Below, one piece after another: positions 51,595 to 60,700 of a stretch of DNA of 64,000 nt (positions are counted from its first letter, which is position 1; each line of letters opens with the position of its first letter). The translations under genes were made by a program, and so were the position numbers. Below the pieces are notes generated by a model, which searched no databases, had not been told where the DNA came from, and saw only the letters and a list, made by a program, of their open reading frames with translations. Source of the stretch: Candidatus Eiseniibacteriota bacterium (GTDB taxonomy: Bacteria; Eisenbacteria; RBG-16-71-46; CAIMUX01; VGJL01); NCBI GenBank assembly GCA_041946735.1, contig JBHGAY010000004.1, positions 32,001 through 96,000 on the forward strand. The letters run 5' to 3'.

Positions 51595-52710
51595 TCAGCG
51601 AACGAGGCGGTAGAGCCCGACTTCCTCCGCGATCCGGAGCGCCTCGCAGTGTTCGTCGCGTGTGAGCCGCCGGTCGATCTCCGAGTATCGGCCGCGCCCG
51701 ACGAGCGCGGCGGGGCGGTAGCCGTTCATCACGTGCGTCATCGTCGCGGGCGAGATCTCCTTCGCGACGAAGGAGAGCACGGCGCGCGTCTCGTCGAGGA
51801 GGTTCGGCATGACGAGATGGCGGACCAGCAGCCCCCGAATCGCCAGACCGTCCTCGCCGAGCACGAGATCGCCCACCTGGCGATGCATCTCGCGCAGCGC
51901 CTCGCGGGCGACGCGCGGATAGTCCGCGCGGCCGAGATAGCGCGCGCTCCGCTCCTCGCTCCAGAGCTTGAAGTCCGGGAGGTAGACGTCGATGCGGCCC
52001 TCGAGGCGGCGCAGCGCCTCGACCGAATCGTAACCACCCGAGTTGTAGACCACCGGGACCGTGAGGCCCAGGTCGCGCGCCCGGTCGAGGCTCTCGAGGA
52101 TCTGCGGAAGGACGTGCGACGGGCTCACGAGATGGACGTTGTGAGCTCCGTTGCGCTGCATCCGCAGCATCAACTCGGCCAGATCGCCGGCCGTCCGCTC
52201 CGCGCCGTTTCCCCAGTGGCTGATCTCGTCCTCCTTGCAGAAGACGCACCGAAGGTTGCAGCCGGAAAAGTACAGGAGCCCACTCCCCTTCCAGCCGCTG
52301 AGGCACTTCTCTTGCGCCAGGTCGGGGCCATACGAAGCGATCCTCGCCGTCCTCCCTACGCCACAGAATCCGTGCCGCGTCTCGGTCGTCCGGTCGATGC
52401 CGCAGGAGACCGGGCAGACCTGACAGGACGGACCGGCGTCCGCGGCGGCGAGCGACGCGGAAGCGAGCGACGCGGAAGCCGGAGAAGGCCCGGCGGCGAA
52501 GGCAACCGGCCCGCCATCCGCCGGTCTTGCAGCGCGCCGGCGCCCGGCCGCTGGCGCGGAGGGCCTTACAGCCGGGGCAGACGGCCTGATGACGGGCGGC
52601 GTATCGGTCGCGGGCAATGCGGACGCCATGGGCGGCAGAGAGGCGGCCATGCGCGCGGCGGTCGAAGTGGAAGGGAGAAGGGGCGGCGCGATCCGACTGT
52701 GAGGATTCAT
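51595..52710 (-). CDS. PflX-like radical SAM protein
   Basis: CQVCPVSC...C, FSGCNLRCVFC, VYNSGGY, YLPDFK, LLVRHLVMP; start uncertain. Confidence 0.85.
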   Translation of the reverse strand: MNPHSRIAPPLLPSTSTAARMAASLPPMASALPATDTPPVIRPSAPAVRPSAPAAGRRRAARPADGGPVAFAAGPSPASASLASASLAAADAGPSCQVCPVSCGIDRTTETRHGFCGVGRTARIASYGPDLAQEKCLSGWKGSGLLYFSGCNLRCVFCKEDEISHWGNGAERTAGDLAELMLRMQRNGAHNVHLVSPSHVLPQILESLDRARDLGLTVPVVYNSGGYDSVEALRRLEGRIDVYLPDFKLWSEERSARYLGRADYPRVAREALREMHRQVGDLVLGEDGLAIRGLLVRHLVMPNLLDETRAVLSFVAKEISPATMTHVMNGYRPAALVGRGRYSEIDRRLTRDEHCEALRIAEEVGLYRLVR

Positions 52711-53143
52711 CTGTTCGAAGCCTGCTTCCTCGGCCGTTTCGATCGTTATTCGTTGCGTCGCGCTCGTTCACCGGCTTCGGTGGCGTCTCACAGCGGCGAA
52801 GATCCTCATGATCGCCATCGGCCGTGATTCGAATCTTACAAGCGGATCATGAAACCGCGTACACAATTCAACTCGATATTTGCTAGCCATAACGAGTTGC
52901 GGCGTTCGATCGTTCGTGACGAATCGTTCATGGAGGTGCCGCGGGGCTGTGGCCGGCGAAGGCGGGCGTCCAGGCAGATGTGTGCGGATCCACGGATGAC
53001 TGGGGCGCACATGGCTTCCGCCGGGACCGGAAGAAGCTGCCGGCCGACACGCCCCCGCCGGCCTCGAAGCACCACGCGGCAACGAGTTGCGAGCGCGGAG
53101 CCCCGCCCCCGGCAAGGCATGCATCGTGCTACCCCCACGTCAG

Positions 53144-54811
53144 ATGCCCATCTCGATGCAAGACCCCGGCGACATGTCGCGCGGTGCCTGCGGGCCGTCG
53201 CCTTCCGGACGGCTGCACGCGGTTAGCGCGGTACTGGCCGTCTCGTTGCCGCTTTCGCTGCTACTTCTGCTGCTGCTCCTCCTCTTCTCCTTCTCCACGA
53301 GCTGCGCGGCGGCAGACGCGGCGGCCACCGGACTTCCGCCGCAGGCGGGCGGGATGCGCGCGGATGCCGCGTCGCCCGGCGAGCGACCACCGCTCTCGTC
53401 CGCGGCGCCCGAGCCCGCACAGGCGACACTCCTCGGCAGCCAGGAGGGCGGAGAGGGCGGCCTGGACCTCACGGCTTTTCAGTCCCACCCGCGAGTGGCC
53501 GCTTATCTGAAGTGGTTCCAGGGACCGGGGCGCGCGAGCATGGATGCCTGGCTCTCGCGCGGTTCGGGGTACGTGCCGTGGATCGTGAGGGAGCTGCGAG
53601 ATGCCGGCCTGCCGCCGGAGCTGAGCACCATCCCGATGATCGAGAGCGGGTTTTCGAATACCGCGGTGAGCAGGGCCGGAGCTGTCGGCCTCTGGCAGTT
53701 GATGCCCGGCACCGCCCGCTCCTATGGACTGCAGGTCGACCGGTTCGTGGACGAGCGACGCGACCCGGTGCTGGCCACGCGGGCGGCAGTGCGTCATCTT
53801 CGCGACCTGGCCGAGCGCTTCGAGTCCCCGTACCTGGCCGCTGCCGCATACAACGCAGGGGCCGGTCGCGTCCTCGACGGCTTGAAGCGGCTGCCGCTCG
53901 CCGACAGGGCGTCCGAGCCGCTGCCTTCTCAGCGGCTGCCTTCCGAGCGGGAGCCGTCCGAGTGGGAAGATCTCTCTCTTCCCGGCTCCGCCGCCGCGAC
54001 CCCGTTCTTTCGTCTAGCCGACAAAGCGCTCCTCGCTCGCGAGACTCGCAACTACGTCCCGCAGTGGATCGCGGCCTCCCTGATCGCCCGCGACCCGCGC
54101 CGATTCGGCTTTGACGTCGCCGCCGCGCGCGCGGCGCCCGCATCCGATTCGCTCGTCTTCGAAAGAGCGGTGCGACTGGACGAGATCGCCGAACAGCTCG
54201 GCCTCTCGCCCACAGCCCTGCGCCTCGCCAATCCTCAGTTCCTCCGCGGCATGACGGCGCCCGGCCGGCGCTCGGTCGTGCGGATTCCCGGCGCGGTTTC
54301 GAGCGATCTGGCGGAGCGCCTCCGCACGATCCCCGACGCGAGGATTCCGTCCATGGCTCCCCGCCTCTTTGGAGGAACGAGCCGGCTGCGTGGAGTTGCG
54401 CGCTCGGCATCGAGCGCTCGCACGCCCTTCGATGAGGAGCAAGTCCGGTCGAGGCTCGAAGCGACCGCGCGCCGCCTCTCCAGCTGGGGCGACGTCACCT
54501 CATCCGCCGGCTTCTCCGCGGCCTACTCCGCCGCCTCGTCCGGCGCTTCGTCCGGCGCTTCGTCCATCTCGTACGCCTCGTCCCGCGCGCCGTCCGTCTC
54601 CTCCGCCTCGTCCCGCGCCTCGTACGCCTCGTCCCGCGCCGCCACCGAGACGACCGGCTCGCACGCTCCCCACCGGATTCGTGCACGTCGAGGAGAGACG
54701 CTCTCCGCAGTGGCGACGAGATACGGAGTCTCCGAAGAGGATCTGCGGCGGGCCAACGCCCTGCCCCCCGCCTTCCGGCTTCGCCCCGGACAGCTCCTCC
54801 TCATCCCCTGA
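53144..54811 (+). CDS. MltD-like lytic transglycosylase with LysM domain
   Basis: IESGF, AVGLWQLMPGTA, DERRDP, AAYNAG, ETRNYVP; C-terminal GETLSAVATRYGVS; start uncertain. Confidence 0.88.
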   Translation: MPISMQDPGDMSRGACGPSPSGRLHAVSAVLAVSLPLSLLLLLLLLLFSFSTSCAAADAAATGLPPQAGGMRADAASPGERPPLSSAAPEPAQATLLGSQEGGEGGLDLTAFQSHPRVAAYLKWFQGPGRASMDAWLSRGSGYVPWIVRELRDAGLPPELSTIPMIESGFSNTAVSRAGAVGLWQLMPGTARSYGLQVDRFVDERRDPVLATRAAVRHLRDLAERFESPYLAAAAYNAGAGRVLDGLKRLPLADRASEPLPSQRLPSEREPSEWEDLSLPGSAAATPFFRLADKALLARETRNYVPQWIAASLIARDPRRFGFDVAAARAAPASDSLVFERAVRLDEIAEQLGLSPTALRLANPQFLRGMTAPGRRSVVRIPGAVSSDLAERLRTIPDARIPSMAPRLFGGTSRLRGVARSASSARTPFDEEQVRSRLEATARRLSSWGDVTSSAGFSAAYSAASSGASSGASSISYASSRAPSVSSASSRASYASSRAATETTGSHAPHRIRARRGETLSAVATRYGVSEEDLRRANALPPAFRLRPGQLLLIP

Positions 54812-54954
54812 CCGTCGCGGGGCGACCGCAAGCCTCGGGCCGCAAAGTCCCTCCAAGATCGAGAGGTAGGCGACCGGCGGGTTGCGGAGGCTGCCTTCAG
54901 CCTGTTAGCGTCCCTGCCGGACAGGGTGGAAGCAGGCGGAAACCAGGGGGACGA

Positions 54955-55962
54955 TTGAACCAGTTTCAGAAGTTCGAACAGGTCACGACACGCCATCGAA
55001 GCTCCGTCTTCTGGACGCTGACCCTCTTCGGCCTTTTCGTCCTCTGGTCGAACTCCTTCCATGCGATCGCCTGGCTGCGCCGCTCGCTCGGCGCCTACGA
55101 GCTCTTGCTCGCCCGGTTTGCGCCGGTCGGGGCGTTCGCGCTCGCATGGGGGGTGTCCTCGGGCCTCCGCGAAAACCTGCGGCTGCTGGCCCGCTACCCG
55201 ATCCGGCTCCTCGTCCTCGGCCTCCTGCAGGTGCCGGTCTACAACCTGCTCCTGAACTGGGGGCAGGGGCAGGTACCGGCGGGAACCGCTTCGCTTCTGA
55301 TCGCGATGAACCCGCTCTTCACCTATCTGCTGGCGCTTGTGATCGGCCAGGAATCGCACCGGATCCGAAAAACGATCGGGCTTCTGGTCTCGTTCACCGG
55401 CGTCTACGTCCTGCTCGTAGCGCAGGGGAGGTCCTTCGGGGCAGGATATGGGCTCCACGCGTTGTCGGTCCTCGGCGCCCCGCTCTCCTGGGCTACGGCC
55501 ACGGTCGTCTGCAAGCCGCTCGTGAGCCGGCATTCGCCGATGCGCATCACCTTCCTCTCCCTCGCGATCGGCAGCATCCCGTTTCTCTTCATCGCTCCGT
55601 TCGACCACTCGTTCCGCGAGGCCCTCGGGCGGTTCGGCCTCGCCGACTGGGTGGCGATCACGCACCTCGGGCTGATGTGCACAGTGGTGGGCTTCGCCGT
55701 CTGGTACGTCGCGCTGAGCCACCTCCCCGCCAGCAGCGTCGCCGCGTTCGTCCTGCTGAACCCTCCGCTGACGATCGCCTTCGGCCCCATCTGGGGGACC
55801 GACCAGCCTTCTCTCTCTCTGCTCGGCTTCGGCGCCTGGATCCTGGCCGGCGTGATCCTCAGCAGCTATCGCTTCGGAGATCGGGTCGTTCGGATCGGGG
55901 CCAGAGCGGCGACCGAGGTGCTCGAGTCGGCCCGATCGACGATCCATCGATCCGGATCCTGA
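54955..55962 (+). CDS. EamA/DMT-family transporter
   Basis: About 10 TM helices in two EamA-like repeats. Confidence 0.88.
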   Translation: MNQFQKFEQVTTRHRSSVFWTLTLFGLFVLWSNSFHAIAWLRRSLGAYELLLARFAPVGAFALAWGVSSGLRENLRLLARYPIRLLVLGLLQVPVYNLLLNWGQGQVPAGTASLLIAMNPLFTYLLALVIGQESHRIRKTIGLLVSFTGVYVLLVAQGRSFGAGYGLHALSVLGAPLSWATATVVCKPLVSRHSPMRITFLSLAIGSIPFLFIAPFDHSFREALGRFGLADWVAITHLGLMCTVVGFAVWYVALSHLPASSVAAFVLLNPPLTIAFGPIWGTDQPSLSLLGFGAWILAGVILSSYRFGDRVVRIGARAATEVLESARSTIHRSGS

Positions 55963-55984
55963 CGAGGGATCGGGCCGCCCCGCC

Positions 55985-57547
55985 GTGACGAAATCGACCG
56001 TCCGGGAGGTCTCTCGAGGCAGCCTGTACCTGGGGCTCGAGCAGCTCACCTCCGTCTTCGGCGGGGTCCTCTACTCGATCATGGTGCTCCGCATGCTCGG
56101 TCCTTCCACCTACGGCGTGCTCAACCTCGGGCAAGCAGCAATCGGACTCGCGGGCGCGCTCACCACGAACATCGAGACCTACCTGGAGCGCTTCGTGGCG
56201 GAACTGCACGCGAGGGGCAAGGGGGGATCGCTCCGGCGTCTGGTCGCGAAGGTCCTCGGCCTGAAAACGGTCCTCGCGCTGATCGCCGGGATCCTCGTCG
56301 CGCTCCTCGCCGACGCGATCGCCGGCCTCTATGGATACCGCGATCTCCGCCGGCTCCTCCCCGTGCTCGCCCCGCTGATCTTCCTCGAAGCGGCGAGCTA
56401 CGGCCTGCGCCAGACGCTCTTTGGGCTCCAGCGATTCCGCTCGATCTGGCTCGTCGCCCTCGGGAACAACCTCCTCAAGCTGGTCCTCGTCTTCGCCCTC
56501 TGGAGCATGAAGGAGGGGGTCGTCGCTCTCGTCGCCGCGATCGTGGTGGTCCAGATCATGACAGTGCTCGTGCAGATCCTCCTCGTCCTGCGCTTCCTGC
56601 CTCCCACCAGCGGGCCGGCCGACGAGGTGCCGACCTACCGCCGCATCTGGGCCTACGTCCTGCCGCTCTATGGAGGACGGATCTTCTTCCTGTCCGGCCA
56701 GCATCTGAACCGGCTGATCCTGGGAGCGCTGCTCTCCGCGCATCAGCTCGGCCTCGTTTCCTTCGCCCTGCTCACCATCGAACGGTTCATCGCGCTCGCG
56801 GGCGCAGTGCCGAATGCCCTGCTGCCCGCCCTTTCGCGGTTGAAGGGGGAGGGGAAGGACGAGGCGATCGAGCAGGTGGTCACCGAAGGGTATCGTGTGG
56901 TCGCTGCCGTCTCCGTCGTGCTGACGATCGGGATCTTCGCCCTCGCCCGCGAGGTGACCCTGATCACCGGGGGCCCGGAGTTTTTGCCCGCGCTGATTCC
57001 GCTGCAGGTGCTCGCGCTCGTCCCTCTGTTCCGGACGATGCAGCAGCCGCTGAACATGGGCTTCTACACCTACGAGAGGACGCACGTCGTCTTCTGGCTC
57101 GCCCTGCTGAAGTTCGTGGTCGAGCCGGCCCTCTATCCGCTCCTGATTCCGAAGTTCGGCATCGCCGGCGTCGCGGCGGCGAGCCTCCTTTCGTCCGTCG
57201 CCGTCTTTGGGCCGTCGCTCCGGATCGCGGGGCGCATGTTCCCCCGTACCGCCGCCGTCCGCTCGCGCGTCACGTGGAGAGCCTGGGGCGTCGCCGCTCC
57301 CGTCCTGCTCCTCGGGGCCACCATGCACCGGCTGGCCGAGCCCTGGCCCGGACTGGCGGCGCGCGCCGTCCTCGTCCTCTTGGGGATCGCCCTCACGCTC
57401 CGATTCGGCGGGATGGTCGCGGGCGACGACCTGCGGCGGCTCGCGGAGACGACGATGCGGCCCGGGATCCGGCGCGGCCTCGACGCTTCGGCCGCCTGGC
57501 TCGATCGGGCCCAGGGCCGTCGCGCCCCCGCTTCGCGTTCCGCCTGA
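55985..57547 (+). CDS. Oligosaccharide flippase (Wzx/MOP family)
   Basis: LRMLGPSTYG, ALLPALSRL, LIPKFGIAGVAAA; 12-14 TM helices. Confidence 0.82.
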   Translation: MTKSTVREVSRGSLYLGLEQLTSVFGGVLYSIMVLRMLGPSTYGVLNLGQAAIGLAGALTTNIETYLERFVAELHARGKGGSLRRLVAKVLGLKTVLALIAGILVALLADAIAGLYGYRDLRRLLPVLAPLIFLEAASYGLRQTLFGLQRFRSIWLVALGNNLLKLVLVFALWSMKEGVVALVAAIVVVQIMTVLVQILLVLRFLPPTSGPADEVPTYRRIWAYVLPLYGGRIFFLSGQHLNRLILGALLSAHQLGLVSFALLTIERFIALAGAVPNALLPALSRLKGEGKDEAIEQVVTEGYRVVAAVSVVLTIGIFALAREVTLITGGPEFLPALIPLQVLALVPLFRTMQQPLNMGFYTYERTHVVFWLALLKFVVEPALYPLLIPKFGIAGVAAASLLSSVAVFGPSLRIAGRMFPRTAAVRSRVTWRAWGVAAPVLLLGATMHRLAEPWPGLAARAVLVLLGIALTLRFGGMVAGDDLRRLAETTMRPGIRRGLDASAAWLDRAQGRRAPASRSA

Positions 57548-57643
57548 TTGCGATCGCGCATGCGTGCGGGGCTCGAGGCCAGGGCCAGCGCCGCCCTGGG
57601 CACGCCTGCGTGCGAGCGTCGAGATGACGCCGCACTAGCTAGA

Positions 57644-57675
57644 GGAAGCGGCCGGCGTTTCCGCCGACCGCTTCC
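57644..57675 (-). terminator. Stem-loop between convergent flippase and C25 genes
   Basis: GGAAGCGGTCGGCG-GAAA-CGCCGGCCGCTTCC on the minus strand; no clear U-tract. Confidence 0.6.
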
Positions 57676-57714
57676 ATCATGGGGATAGGACCGCGCGCGA
57701 TCGATCCGCTCCCG

Positions 57715-60700
57715 TCACTGCAATAGCATCATCTTACGCGTCGCGCCGCGCTCCGTGGAGTCCAGACGATAGAGATAGATTCCGGAAGGCAGCGGATGGC
57801 CCGAGTCGTCGCGTCCGTCCCAAACAGCCGAGTGGCTGCCGGCCGCGAGAGGCCCTTCGACGAGGTGGCGGCGGGCGCGTCCCTGCACGTCGAAGATCAC
57901 CAGGCTCGCGGGGCCGGCGCTCGGGAGCGAGAATCGGATCGTCGTCCGTGGATTGAACGGATTCGGCCGATTCTGCTCGAGGGCGAATCGCAGCTCCTGC
58001 TCCTCCCCGGCGCTCGCAAGTTGGATCCCCGTGAAGAGGACCTCCACGTCGTCGATCGCCGCCTCCACCACGGACGGTTCTCCGGTGTCCGAAGCCACGA
58101 AGCGGATGCGAACGGCGTCCGTGTAGTCGATGTAGCGGCTCAGATCGAACTCGAACAGCCGCCAGGAGCGATCGCTTTGCGTCGTCCGCTCGAGATCGAC
58201 CCATGTCTGTCCGTCGTCGTCCGAGGCTTGGACGACCCAGGGGTCGTCCGAGGGACCGGTGCCGGTGTCGTTGCTGAACCACCGCCAGTAGCGAAGGATC
58301 ACGATGCCGTCGACGTCGAGGAAGATCCTGGGGGAGGTGAGCGTGGTCCGGCCGTTGTCGACGTCGGCCGAGGTTTCCGGAAGGCCGGGGAGCGCGTTCC
58401 CCGTCACCCAGGCGGTCACTCCAGGGTCGGCGCTGTGATCGTCTTCCGGCTGCACGAGACCGCCTTCATGGTACGTCCCGTTCGGATCGACCCGCACCCA
58501 ACGACCGCCCGTCGCGTCGTCTTCGGGCGACACGTTCGACCATCCCGGGTTCTCCACCTCCATGTCGTCCGCAAGGACTTGCAGGGTCGGAGCAACGTAG
58601 AAGACATAGAGCGATTCGGGAGCGCCGGTCGGATCCGTCCCTACGTTCTCGCCAACGTCGGCCGCCTCGACGTAGTACTCGACCTTCGTCGGCCAGCTCT
58701 GGCCGGGGATCTCCCCCCTGTAGAAGACGCCCGCGAGATGCGTCAGCGGGACCGCGACGAAGTCCCCACCGTTGGTCCGGTAGTACAACGTCGCCGACGC
58801 GAGCGGAGAAGGATCGGAGATCTGAACGTCCACCCTGTACGGTCCGATCGAATCGTTCGTCGTCGGCACTTGCGCGGCATGGATGCTCGGAGGGGCGATG
58901 TCGCGAAGCGAGAAATCGACCTGCACGGCCCCTCCCGCCAGGACGACCACCGCCGAGACCGTGTCGGGCGCGAAGCCATCGTGCGCGGCGGTCAGGGTGT
59001 AGACCCCCGTCGTCTCGGCGGCCAGGTACCCCCCATTCCCGCCGCTCACGTATTCGTGGCCGTTCTCGAGGACGGTGACCGTCGCCCCCGGCAGCCCGGC
59101 GCCCCCCGCGGTCTCGTTCGTCACCGTGCCGTAGATCGTCCCGGTCACCACCTCGCGCGTCGGAACGAAGCGAACCGCCCGGTTCGCCGCGAGCGTCGCC
59201 GCGCCGGCCGGATACTGGCCGAAGAACGTGTAGAGCAGGCCGTCGCTGTGATCGGCGTTCTCGATCCCGACGGTGCAGTATCCGTCGACCGGATCGGGGT
59301 TCGAAACCGTGTTGTACTGAAAGACGATCACTCCGTCGCCGGTCTCCGTCGTGACGTAGGCGGGATCGTAGAAGATCGCCTCGACCACCTCCGGCTGATT
59401 GTTGTAGGCGTTGCGCAGGCGGCTCCATTCGACGATCCATCGGTGCTCCGCCGCATCGTAGCGCTGGAGCACCTTCGAGCCGCCCCCCTGGTACAGATCG
59501 TCCCAGAAGAGCGCGATCAAATTCTCCGGCCCGCCCGCCGCCGGGATCGTCCAGTTCCGGTACTCGGCCAGGTACGTGGAGCCCATCGCGATCCACCCGT
59601 TCGAGCAGATCGTCGCCCGCGTGAAGCCCTTGCCGTAGAACTGGAACGGGAACGGGATGTCTACGGTGATCGACTTGTCCTGCCCGTCGCCGTAGTCGTT
59701 CAGCGGCACCTCGACGCCGCCGCTTCCTCCGTAGGCCGGATCCAGCTCGATCCAGTTGTAGACCGGCGCCTCGGGGTAGGAGACGTCCGTGTTGTCGAAT
59801 GCGTAGTAGCCATACCGGTCCGGACCGATCGGGTCGGTCGAGGCGCGCGTCCCAACGGGAATCGTGACGTACGTGGTGTCGCGCAGTCCGCCGGAACACT
59901 CCGTCACGATCTTGAAGTGCGCCTGGTAGCCGGGATAGGTCGCCGCATCCGCCTGGATCGTGAAAGTGTCGCTGGTGTTCTCCCCCTGCGCGCCTCCAGG
60001 AATGGTCGGATACGTGCCGGTCGCGTCCTGGATCGTGGCGAACTCGCTCATCGACAGGAGAGTCGCCACCGGACTCACCGCTGCCACGTTCCCTTCATTC
60101 GTGAGCTTGACGGAGACGCGCACCGTCTCGCCTGGATCAAGCTTTCCATTGGCGCCCGCGTCGAAGAGCGTGTAGCCGCCGTCGCAGACGAGGTCGGGAG
60201 CGGAGACCGGGACGTCGATGAGCGAGTGCCAGACATCCGTGCCCGAGGAGATGTCGAGGCCGAGCCGGACCACGTGAGCGTTCGGGCAGGCGGCGGAGAC
60301 GGTGAGCCCGAAATCGTCCGCCGACCAGGCGCTTCCCCCGCCCGGAATGTCTCCGAAAGTTTCGGCGTCGTCGTCGATCGATACATACGGATCGGCGCAT
60401 GTCAGCGTCGCGTTCACGCCGGAGGCCGAGAGAATGCCGTAGTTGCGTAGCTGAACGCGAAGCTCGATCGACTCCCCTGGATTCAGGATGCCGTCGCCAT
60501 CCCCTTGGCTCTCCCCGACCGCGTCGTCATCGATCTGCGACGCCACATACGCGACGTACCTCTGCTGCCCCTGCACCGGAACGGTCGCGAGGTAGGGGTA
60601 CTGATCGTGCTTGGTGACGGTGAGGAGCATGTTTCCCGCCGAAGCGGCGTGGATCGGCAGTTCCGCCCGTCCCTCGGCGTCCGTGAGGCCGACCGCAAAG

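Noticed and set aside
57796..60450. Long opposite-strand ORFs (884 aa here; also 5538-7682, 9345-11699, 27265-29427, 38418-40655)
   Set aside because: Antisense shadows of well-supported genes in high-GC DNA, with no recognisable motifs
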